Positions 33,423-40,609 of a DNA stretch of 64,000 nucleotides are shown here, in pieces. Under the pieces are notes generated by a model. It was not told the DNA's origin. It saw only the letters and a program-made list of their open reading frames with translations, and did not search any database. The translations under genes and the position numbers were made by a program. The number at the start of each line of letters is the position of its first letter. Position 1 is the stretch's first letter. This DNA is from Clostridiales bacterium (lineage in GTDB: Bacteria > Bacillota > Clostridia > Peptostreptococcales > Acidaminobacteraceae): assembly GCA_016933835.1 (NCBI GenBank), contig JAFGAC010000002.1, positions 26,809 through 90,808 on the forward strand. The letters run 5' to 3'.

Positions 33423-34272
33423 TCAAATGTTAGAGCGATATAATTTGATAACATTAGAAGATAAAAAAAACGCTTTAAAAGAAATTATGCAAGAAATTGT
33501 TTTAGCGGGTCTATCCAAAACTGATTTTTTTAAGAATACTGCTTTTTATGGCGGTTCAGCACTTAGAATTTTCCATAATTTAGATCGTTTCTCTGAAGAC
33601 TTGGATTTTACATTAATAGCAAGGGATGATAATTTTACTTTGGAACAATATATACCAATGATTTCTCATACAGTTGAATCACTAGGTTTGTCATTTGGAA
33701 TAGAGAGCAAAGATAAGAAAATTGACTCAAATATAAAATCAGCATTTCTTAAAGGTAATACAAAAGAACAATTCTTGATTTTTTATCCGGATTCAGATCA
33801 AAATGCATTTATTCAGAGTAACGAAATTATTAAAATTAAGCTTGAAATTGATATTGACCCACCTTTATATGCAACTACTGAATTGGAATATCGATTACTG
33901 CCTTACCCATATGAAGTTAGAATTTACGATAAGCCATCATTGTTTGCAGGAAAAATACATGCAGTTATTGCAAGGAGCTGGAAAAACAGAGTCAAAGGTA
34001 GAGATTTTTATGATTATGTCTATTACCTTTCTACAAACACGCCTGTAAATCTAAAACATCTGGAAGCAAGATTAAGGCAAACAAAAACAATTGGCGATGA
34101 AACAATTTTGACAAAATAAATATTGATAGAATTATTAAATGAATGCTTTGAAAGTATAGACTTTGAAGGTGTAAAACGTGATGTTTTACCCTTTATAAAG
34201 GATGTCGAGAGTTTAAGTGTATGGAGCCCTCAATTTTTTAAAAGTATTACTAAAAGAATAGAAGTGCTTTAA
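33409..34272 (+). pseudogene. abiEii: AbiEii/AbiGii-family nucleotidyltransferase toxin interrupted by an in-frame TAA at 34117-34119
   Basis: The 236-aa ORF has NTase motifs (FYGGSALRIFHNLDRFSEDLDF). Reading in the same frame past the TAA gives ILIELLNECFESIDFEGVKRDVLPFIKDVESLSVWSPQFFKSITKRIEVL, then a stop at 34270-34272. This looks like the usual C-terminal segment of the family. Confidence 0.7.
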
Positions 34273-34490
34273 GAATTAATTCTTGTATCTTTTAGAAGTC
34301 AATGTCCACTACAAGTTATCTGCGTATGTGATCAGGCCATATCTATTGATAAAATGAATATATTCATTCCATGCCTGTCATCATAATATTTGAATAATAT
34401 AATCCATTTAAGAAAAAACGAAAAAATATGAACACTTTTGTACCCGGCACTTTGATATAAAAATATTTTTTCTTTTTTTATAAATTTATA

Positions 34491-34517
34491 TAAACATTCC
34501 TTCATTCCTTCCGATAA
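34491..34517 (+). promoter_or_regulatory. sigma-D (sigma-28) promoter of the flagellin gene
   Basis: TAAA (34491-34494), N15, tCCGATAA (34510-34517), compared with TAAA-N15-GCCGATAT. Confidence 0.7.
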
Positions 34518-34577
34518 AGTTATTAGGTGACGTTCTCGCGAGACAAACCTATTATTAGACCGAGTTATAAAAATAAT

Positions 34578-34610
34578 GGCAAGGATGCCAAATAAAAAAA
34601 TTCAAGGAGG
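34578..34610 (+). promoter_or_regulatory. two CsrA-binding-site candidates in the flagellin 5' UTR
   Basis: Hairpin GGCA-AGGA-TGCC (34578-34589) presents GGA in its loop. A second GGA lies in the SD CAAGGAGG (34603-34610). This is the same two-site arrangement as the B. subtilis hag leader. Confidence 0.6.
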
Positions 34611-34618
34611 AATTACAC

Positions 34619-35728
34619 ATGATTATCAATCATAATATCGCGTCGTTAAACACATATTCAAGATTGACACAAGCAAACACTGCACAAGGTAAATCTTTAG
34701 AGAAATTATCTTCAGGCTTAAGAATCAACAGAGCTGGTGATGATGCAGCAGGTCTAGCTATTTCTGAAAAAATGCGTGGACAAATCAGTGGACTTAACCA
34801 AGCTTCTAGAAATGCACAAGATGGTATTTCGTTGATTCAAACTGCAGAGGGTGCTTTGAATGAAACTCATTCAATTCTCCAAAGGATGAGAGAATTAGCA
34901 GTTCAGGGAGCTAATGATACTTTAGAAGGTTCAGATAGAACTGCTATCCAATTAGAAATGGATCAATTGGCAGAAGAAGTAACAAGAATTTCTGATACAA
35001 CTCAATTTAACAATAAAACTTTACTAACTGGTGAATTAGGAGTTCAATTAGATACTTCAGGTTTAGCTGTGGGTTCCGATGGTATAACAGCAATCAATAT
35101 TAGTGGCGCATCAGCATCAACTACCTTTACAATTAGTGGGACAAATGGTGATGTTGCATTAACAGACGGGGATGGTAATGTTCAAAAATTAGATTTAAGC
35201 GATGGAACTGCTGGAACACTAAATTTTGATAAATTAGGCGTTAGCATAACTGTAAATGATACTTGGGATATTACAACACTTGCAGCCTCAACAAGTGGAA
35301 CTGGAGTTGCAGGAACAATTATTACTACTGCTGATCAAGATGTTAATTTCCAAATTGGAGCAAATTCTAATCAAGTATTGGGATTAAGCATTAGTGACAT
35401 GTCAGCAAGTGGACTTAGTGTTGATTCATTAAGCGTCGCTGATAATACTTCTGCAGGTCTAGCAATTGACGCTATTGATGCAGCCTTGGGTAGTGTATCA
35501 ACTCAAAGAGCAGATTTAGGTGCCAAGCAAAATAGATTAGAGCACACTATAAACAACTTGACTACTTCTTCTGAAAACTTGACTGCTGCTGAATCAAGAA
35601 TCAGAGATGTAGACATGGCTAAAGAAATGATGGAATTCACTAAGAATAACATCTTAGGTCAAGCTGCAACTTCAATGTTGGCTCAAGCTAATCAAATGCC
35701 TCAAACAGTTCTACAATTATTAAGATAA
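34619..35728 (+). CDS. fliC: flagellin
   Basis: 369 aa. Conserved N-terminus MIINHNIASLNTYSRL...LSSGLRINRAGDDAAG and C-terminus ...AQANQMPQTVLQLLR, with a variable Thr/Ser/Gly-rich centre. Confidence 0.96.
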   Translation: MIINHNIASLNTYSRLTQANTAQGKSLEKLSSGLRINRAGDDAAGLAISEKMRGQISGLNQASRNAQDGISLIQTAEGALNETHSILQRMRELAVQGANDTLEGSDRTAIQLEMDQLAEEVTRISDTTQFNNKTLLTGELGVQLDTSGLAVGSDGITAINISGASASTTFTISGTNGDVALTDGDGNVQKLDLSDGTAGTLNFDKLGVSITVNDTWDITTLAASTSGTGVAGTIITTADQDVNFQIGANSNQVLGLSISDMSASGLSVDSLSVADNTSAGLAIDAIDAALGSVSTQRADLGAKQNRLEHTINNLTTSSENLTAAESRIRDVDMAKEMMEFTKNNILGQAATSMLAQANQMPQTVLQLLR

Positions 35729-35743
35729 TTAATTAATTTAAAA

Positions 35744-35770
35744 GGCCAGCCTTGTTTGGCTGGCTTTTTT
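35744..35770 (+). terminator. intrinsic terminator after flagellin
   Basis: GCCAGCC / GGCTGGC stem followed by TTTTTT. Confidence 0.85.
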
Positions 35771-35802
35771 AAAATAGATACTCTTGAAAATGGAGGTGTG
35801 TC

Positions 35803-36177
35803 ATGAATATATTGAACGATGCATCTAATGTATTAGCTAATGTAAATGTGAAAAAACCTTTGTTTACAAAGGAATTTGTAAATAAAGTTCAGGAAATAGA
35901 TATCAAGCAGATGGGGACTGGCAGCAGAGAACCGGCAATCAAGACCAAGGAAGATGTTGAGAAATTCAAGGAAGTTTTGGATGTGACCAATGAGATATTT
36001 TTTGGTGATGATTCACACTTCGAATTCAGCATCCATGAAAAGACAGGAACAATCATGAGCAAGCTTGTGGATACGAGAACAGGAGATATCATTCGAGAGA
36101 TTCCATCTGAGAAAATTCTCGACATGATTTCAGGCATCTGGGAAGTGGCTGGCCTTATCGTCGACGAACAAGCATAG
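35803..36177 (+). CDS. flaG: flagellar protein FlaG
   Basis: 124 aa. FEFSIHEKTGTIMSKLVDTRTGDIIREIPSEKILDM matches the FlaG family pattern. Confidence 0.85.
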   Translation: MNILNDASNVLANVNVKKPLFTKEFVNKVQEIDIKQMGTGSREPAIKTKEDVEKFKEVLDVTNEIFFGDDSHFEFSIHEKTGTIMSKLVDTRTGDIIREIPSEKILDMISGIWEVAGLIVDEQA

Positions 36178-36188
36178 GGGATGTAATT

Positions 36189-37577
36189 ATGGGAATCAAT
36201 TTTGTAGGCTCATATTCTGGTATTGACCAAGGAACAATCGATCAGCTTATGGCTGTGGAAAAAATGCCTTTGGTACAGATGAGTGAAAAGAAAACGGCAT
36301 TTGAATCGGAAAAATATGCCTGGAAAGATGTCAATACAAGACTTGACAGTCTGATGACCAAGTTGAAGGAGCTTAAGTATACTGCGACTTATATGACAAA
36401 GTCAGCTACAAGCTCAGATGCATCGGTTGTCACGGGGACTGCAACGAGTTCTGCCTTGAACGGAAGCTATCGTATAGAAGTAGGTCAACTGGCATCTGTT
36501 TCAAGATTTACAGGGTCAAAAGTGCTGGTCGAAGGACAGGACAACAGTACGGAACTTGGACTCAGCGGTGCATTCACATTGGATAATGCAGATGGTGTAA
36601 GTGTTGAAATAGCAGTTGAAGCGACAGATTCCTTGGGAAGTATCGCCGATAAGATCAATGATCAATCAGGTGATACAGGTGTAGAAGCGACAGTCATTGA
36701 CGGTCGTATGGTTTTTCAGGACAAGGAGACCGGTGAGAGAAACATGACACTGACAGGTGTGGATACCTTTGATTTAAATTCATTGGGACTCGATACAGGA
36801 AGTGTGATGACCCTAGGTGGCAATGCGGAGTTTTCTGTCAATGGAATTGATATCATAAGAAGCAGCAATACCATTACTGATGCAGTAGAAGGACTTTCTT
36901 TTACACTCAGTGGTGAGACAAGTTTAGGTAGCTATGAAACCCTTACAGTAGGCTTGGATACTGCTGGCACGGTAGGAAAAGTACAGGCTTTTGTAGACCA
37001 GTACAATTCGACTTTGTCATTTATGCAGGATATGAACTCAGTAGGTGATTTGGAAGCTGATGTGACAGGTGCAGGAGCCCTTGCGGGAGATCCTACACTT
37101 CAAAGGATGATTTCAAGTCTTAGGACGAATATTGCAGGAAGCATTTCAGGACTTGATTCAAGCATTGGTGATTTGTCTCAACTGGGAATAAAAACAGTTG
37201 ATAAATACGGTCAACTTACTTTTGACTCCAGCAAGCTGGTGACTGCACTGAATGAAAATGCTGAAAATGTAAAGAACTTCTTTTACTCAACCAATACAGA
37301 GGATGTCAATGTCGGATTTGAAGTCAAGATGGAAAGTTATATCAACAGTTTGATTGCAACTGGAACAGGAATTGTTGAAGTGAAGGAAGATGGTTTGTCC
37401 AGAAGTTTGAAAGATCTGGATGATCAGATAGAACGGTTCAACGACCGTATGGATGTCAGAGAGCAGTACTACCTCAACATGTTTGCAAAATTGGATGTGG
37501 CAATGCAGCAGGCAGAAGCACAGATGTCGTGGCTGACTTCACAGTTGGCAGGACTTTCTGGGAATACTGCAGAGTAA
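36189..37577 (+). CDS. fliD: flagellar filament cap protein FliD
   Basis: 462 aa. N-terminal GIDQGTIDQLMAVEKMPL and C-terminal coiled coil. Conserved position before fliS. Confidence 0.92.
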   Translation: MGINFVGSYSGIDQGTIDQLMAVEKMPLVQMSEKKTAFESEKYAWKDVNTRLDSLMTKLKELKYTATYMTKSATSSDASVVTGTATSSALNGSYRIEVGQLASVSRFTGSKVLVEGQDNSTELGLSGAFTLDNADGVSVEIAVEATDSLGSIADKINDQSGDTGVEATVIDGRMVFQDKETGERNMTLTGVDTFDLNSLGLDTGSVMTLGGNAEFSVNGIDIIRSSNTITDAVEGLSFTLSGETSLGSYETLTVGLDTAGTVGKVQAFVDQYNSTLSFMQDMNSVGDLEADVTGAGALAGDPTLQRMISSLRTNIAGSISGLDSSIGDLSQLGIKTVDKYGQLTFDSSKLVTALNENAENVKNFFYSTNTEDVNVGFEVKMESYINSLIATGTGIVEVKEDGLSRSLKDLDDQIERFNDRMDVREQYYLNMFAKLDVAMQQAEAQMSWLTSQLAGLSGNTAE

Positions 37578-37597
37578 GAAGATTGAAGTGATGAAAA

Positions 37598-37963
37598 ATG
37601 ATCAACTTGAATAAAATAGATCCTAGGATTATGCAGATTGTAATCAGAAAAACTTCCAATCACAACGTGCATAAAAAAGATACTGATCCTTCGGTTGACA
37701 AGGATGGCCGGCATCGGCATGAGGGCAACAGGGATATAGAAGATATCCGCAGGAAGGTCAAGTATGCCAATCGAAAATTCAAGGAAAATGAAATTGATAT
37801 ATTTCTTGTATTGAATGAAGAACTTTTAGGAGTAAAGATTGAAGTCTTAGTCTATGAAGCAAGCACAGAGAAACTGTTGGCGATCATAAACGAGGAAAGG
37901 CTTTTCGATTTGCTTGAAGAACTGGATATGAAATCAGGAATTATTTTAGACATGAAAGGATAG
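37598..37963 (+). CDS. hypothetical protein, possibly a second FlaG-like protein
   Basis: 121 aa. Basic N-terminal half. The C-terminal half (IDIFLVLNEELLGVKIEVLVYEASTEKLLAIINEERLFDLLEELDMKSGIILD) has a FlaG-like pattern. The start codon is uncertain. Confidence 0.5.
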   Translation: MINLNKIDPRIMQIVIRKTSNHNVHKKDTDPSVDKDGRHRHEGNRDIEDIRRKVKYANRKFKENEIDIFLVLNEELLGVKIEVLVYEASTEKLLAIINEERLFDLLEELDMKSGIILDMKG

Positions 37964-37969
37964 TGTGTT

Positions 37970-38338
37970 ATGTACGCAAATACATCAAATGCATATAGAA
38001 TATATGAATCAAACAATGTAAAGACAGCTTCACCCAAAGGACTTATTATCATGCTTTATGAAGGTGCCATCAAATTTTGTCGCTTTGCTGAAATGGCAAT
38101 CAATGAGAACAACATCGAAAGAAGAAATGAAAATCTTAAAAAGGCACAAGATATTTTGACTGAACTTCAAGTGACTTTGAATCATGATGCAGGTGAGATC
38201 GCAGAGAAACTTGAAATGTTGTATGCTTACATGAACAGTGAATTGGTCCAGGCGAATATCCAGAATGACGGCATGAAAGTTGCCTATGTCAGAAGCATGC
38301 TTGAAGAGTTGAAAGAAGCATGGAACGCTATCATATAG
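37970..38338 (+). CDS. fliS: flagellin-specific chaperone FliS
   Basis: 122 aa. ...VKTASPKGLIIMLYEGAIKF... is typical of FliS. Confidence 0.92.
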   Translation: MYANTSNAYRIYESNNVKTASPKGLIIMLYEGAIKFCRFAEMAINENNIERRNENLKKAQDILTELQVTLNHDAGEIAEKLEMLYAYMNSELVQANIQNDGMKVAYVRSMLEELKEAWNAII

Positions 38339-38353
38339 ATTGAGAGTGATATT

Positions 38354-38824
38354 ATGGAGTTAATTATTGACTTGATTCAAAATTATAAACAGCAGACAAA
38401 ATATTATTATGATATCGAACAGATCAATGGTCGTGTGCATCATAATAAAGATACAGCCGAGAGCATCATTGAAGGGTTGCATCAAAGTCAAGAAATCATC
38501 GACAAGATTAAAATTCTCAATGATGAAAAATCACATATAGAAAAGAATTTTATCAGATATTATAAAATGGAACGATTTGATCTTGCAAATTTGCCGGACC
38601 TCATAAGTCCAGATCTTCAGATGGAACTTCTTGAAACTATCGAGAAACTCAGATATGTGATTAAAAGTGTCATCGATATAAAATCTGGAGAGAAAACAAT
38701 TCTCGAAGAAGATCTTTTAAGAGCGAAGGAAAAGATGAAAGAAACTATCAGAGGTGTAAATGCTGTCCATGGTTACAAGAAAAAGACTTATGATTCTGTT
38801 TTTATAGATAAGGTATCAAAATAG
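38354..38824 (+). CDS. hypothetical helical protein in FliT-like position
   Basis: 156 aa, good RBS, located downstream of fliS. No diagnostic motif. Confidence 0.5.
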   Translation: MELIIDLIQNYKQQTKYYYDIEQINGRVHHNKDTAESIIEGLHQSQEIIDKIKILNDEKSHIEKNFIRYYKMERFDLANLPDLISPDLQMELLETIEKLRYVIKSVIDIKSGEKTILEEDLLRAKEKMKETIRGVNAVHGYKKKTYDSVFIDKVSK

Positions 38825-38884
38825 AAATATAATAACTATTAATTAAATCTATGGGAATTATAAAAAAAACTATAGACGCACGTA

Positions 38885-38908
38885 AAGGCTGATATTTCAG
38901 TCTTTTTT
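38885..38908 (+). terminator. intrinsic terminator ending the flagellin/fliD/fliS unit
   Basis: AAGGCTGA / TCAGTCTT 8-bp stem (one G-U pair), loop TATT, followed by a T-run. Confidence 0.55.
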
Positions 38909-38949
38909 GGCTTTTTTGATGATGTTTGGTGATTTGTTAAAAAAAAAAC

Positions 38950-38990
38950 CCTTGTAAGTTGTAAGGAATTCATAATATTATATGAATATA
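38950..38990 (+). promoter_or_regulatory. putative sigma-A promoter of the flgB operon
   Basis: TTGTAA at 38952-38957 with TATTAT at 38976-38981 (18-nt spacer). A second TTGTAA lies at 38959-38964. Weak call. Confidence 0.3.
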
Positions 38991-39014
38991 TTAGGTGGAA
39001 TGGAAGTGTTTTAA

Positions 39015-39431
39015 ATGAGTATCAATACCAATCTTTTTACGGATACAAGCTTGACGGTGCTAAAAAAGGCACTGGATGCTTCAACAATGAGAAATGAGAC
39101 GATCAGCAACAACATTGCCAATGTGAACACAAAGGACTACAAGGCAAAACGGGTTGTTTTTGAAGATGAACTTAAAAAAGCTCTGAGTTCAGGCTCTGAA
39201 AAAGGATTGGCGACAACACATAAAGGACACATCGGTGCCAGTAATGAAGTCAATCGCATTCAGCCGCAAATTGTCGAAGATGCTGCATCTACAGTTAAAA
39301 GTGATGGGAACAATGTTGACATCGACGTGGAAATGGTAGAACTCGCTAAGAACCAGTTGATTTATAATACTTTAGTTCAGCAGACATCCAAAAAGTACTC
39401 AAATCTTGGTTATGTTATAAATGGAGGTTGA
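39015..39431 (+). CDS. flgB: flagellar basal-body rod protein FlgB
   Basis: 138 aa. [18 protein letters not shown] rod motif. Confidence 0.93.
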   Translation: MSINTNLFTDTSLTVLKKALDASTMRNETISNNIANVNTKDYKAKRVVFEDELKKALSSGSEKGLATTHKGHIGASNEVNRIQPQIVEDAASTVKSDGNNVDIDVEMVELAKNQLIYNTLVQQTSKKYSNLGYVINGG

Positions 39432-39436
39432 TCATC

Positions 39437-39856
39437 ATGAAATTATTTAGTTCTTTGAATATCAGTGCGTCGGGACTTTCTGCCGAACAGGTCAGAATGG
39501 ATACAATTTCATCAAACATAGCGAATGTGAATACCACAAGAACAGAAGATGGTGGTCCCTATATAAGAAAAGTGGCAGTTTTCAAAGAAAAATTGGATAA
39601 AGCCATGACGTCAGCGGGAAGTAGGCTTGCAGGCGTTGAAGTGTCTGAAATAGTGGATGACACGACACCACTCAAAAAAGTCTATGATCCCAATCATCCG
39701 GATGCGGATGAAGAAGGCTATGTGCTGATGCCAAATGTGGATATTTTGAATGAAATGGCAGACCTTATCGTAGCCACAAGATCATATGAAGCCAACGTCA
39801 CAGCGCTAAATGCCAGCAAAAGCATGTATTTGAAGGCTTTGGAAATTGGAAGATAA
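39437..39856 (+). CDS. flgC: flagellar basal-body rod protein FlgC
   Basis: [22 protein letters not shown] and [10 protein letters not shown] motifs. Start placed at ATG 39437 after GGAGG (ORF track TTG at 39428). Confidence 0.94.
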   Translation: MKLFSSLNISASGLSAEQVRMDTISSNIANVNTTRTEDGGPYIRKVAVFKEKLDKAMTSAGSRLAGVEVSEIVDDTTPLKKVYDPNHPDADEEGYVLMPNVDILNEMADLIVATRSYEANVTALNASKSMYLKALEIGR

Positions 39857-39859
39857 TTA

Positions 39860-40163
39860 TGACCTATCCCTGCATCTTTGATGCAGCGGAAGGTGTTGGC
39901 TACGTTACCAAATCATAGATTTGGACTTCGCAACATTTGACCTACTAAATTATTTAGTAAGTTACGTCATGAGTCGTGCCGTTAACTGAATCAAAGATTC
40001 AGACTTTACGACATCTGACCTACCAAGTTATTTAGTAAATTACGTCATGAGTCGTGCCGTTAGCTGAATCAAAGATTCAGACTTTACGACATCTGACCTA
40101 CCAACGGACCATAGGTTCGGGTTAGGTCATGAAGACTGCGAAATGACCTATCCCTGCATCTTT
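39860..40163 (+). repeat. hairpin-repeat array A: three 78-nt units, a 50-nt hairpin unit and a 20-nt truncated unit, each starting TGACCTAYC
   Basis: Unit starts at 39860, 39938, 40016, 40094 and 40144. Units 2 and 3 are near-identical tandem copies. Each 78-nt unit folds into two hairpins. Detail is in the findings. Confidence 0.9.
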
Positions 40164-40276
40164 AAAACATTTGAGGATTTTGTCGTTGTCACTGCACATT
40201 TTAAACTAAAAATATACATAAAATAAAAGATTACTATTAGGGAATAAAAGAAGAATTCTTAATAAAGGAGAAATAA

Positions 40277-40303
40277 TTGAACTTACATGATATGGTAGTT
40301 TGA
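40277..40303 (+). other. 8-codon leader mini-ORF with the only strong SD upstream of fliE
   Basis: AAAGGAG at 40264-40270, 6 nt, then TTG 40277. Reads TTG AAC TTA CAT GAT ATG GTA GTT TGA, in the same frame as fliE. Confidence 0.4.
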
Positions 40304-40309
40304 TTATAT

Positions 40310-40606
40310 GTGAATAATATGCAAGTGAATCCTGTATCTCAATATATGAATTTAATGAATACACAGATGGAAGAGGAATCAAGCAAGGTTGATTTTTCAG
40401 CTGTCATGAAAGATTATTTGACAGATGTCAATGATATGCAGGTTTCTTCTGATCAAAGCACAAATGACCTGATTCTTGGTGAAACAGAAAACATTCATGA
40501 TGTCATGATCAAGGCTGAAGAAGCGAAACTTGCACTGGAATTGACAGTACAGGTGAGAAATAAGGTAATAGAGGCTTATCAAGAATTGATAAGAATGCAA
40601 ATATAA
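40310..40606 (+). CDS. fliE: flagellar hook-basal body protein FliE
   Basis: 98 aa (GTG 40310) or 95 aa (ATG 40319). C-terminal AEEAKLALELTVQVRNKVIEAYQELIRMQI is typical of FliE. No SD directly upstream. Confidence 0.88.
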   Translation: MNNMQVNPVSQYMNLMNTQMEEESSKVDFSAVMKDYLTDVNDMQVSSDQSTNDLILGETENIHDVMIKAEEAKLALELTVQVRNKVIEAYQELIRMQI

Positions 40607-40609
40607 TTA

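Noticed and set aside
31978-34460. Prophage remnant or IS element between csrA and flagellin
   Set aside because: No integrase, transposase, terminal inverted repeats or phage structural genes are present. The region is reported instead as an accessory insert with a direct repeat.
38825-39014. c-di-GMP riboswitch or invertible switch upstream of flgB, as in C. difficile
   Set aside because: The spacer holds only a terminator and an AT-rich promoter-like region. There are no GEMM-like paired hairpins and no inverted repeats.
39860-40093. tRNA or tRNA-like genes (units of about 78 nt, GGTTCGGG reminiscent of a T-arm)
   Set aside because: No cloverleaf can be drawn. There is no acceptor stem pairing the unit ends, no GTTCRANNC T-loop in the right register and no anticodon arm. 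Each unit is two simple hairpins.
40094-40129. Integron attC site (GTTAGGT resembles the GTTRRRY core; fliE would look like a cassette)
   Set aside because: The inverse core RYYYAAC is not matched on the 5' arm. There is no intI gene. fliE is a native operon member. The host is a Firmicute, where integrons are not expected.
39961-40143. Hammerhead or other small self-cleaving ribozyme (CATGAGTC, CGAAA strings)
   Set aside because: The conserved CUGANGA...GAAA core with three helices in the correct order is not present. The matches are isolated short strings.
39857-40163. CRISPR array (regular repeats in an intergenic region)
   Set aside because: The 78-nt units abut each other with no unique spacers. 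Unit 1 differs from units 2 and 3. The repeat length is far above CRISPR repeat size. There are no cas genes in the window.
40186-40216. Internal sigma-A promoter for fliE in the AT-rich part of spacer A (TTGTCA ... TAAAAA)
   Set aside because: No -10 hexamer with acceptable match and spacing could be placed. Without TSS data this is not supportable.
40301-40303. TGA recoding (genetic code 4/25) that would merge the mini-ORF with fliE
   Set aside because: TGA is clearly used as a stop elsewhere in the window, for example at the ends of fliM, flgB, fliR and the PilZ gene, with correctly sized products.
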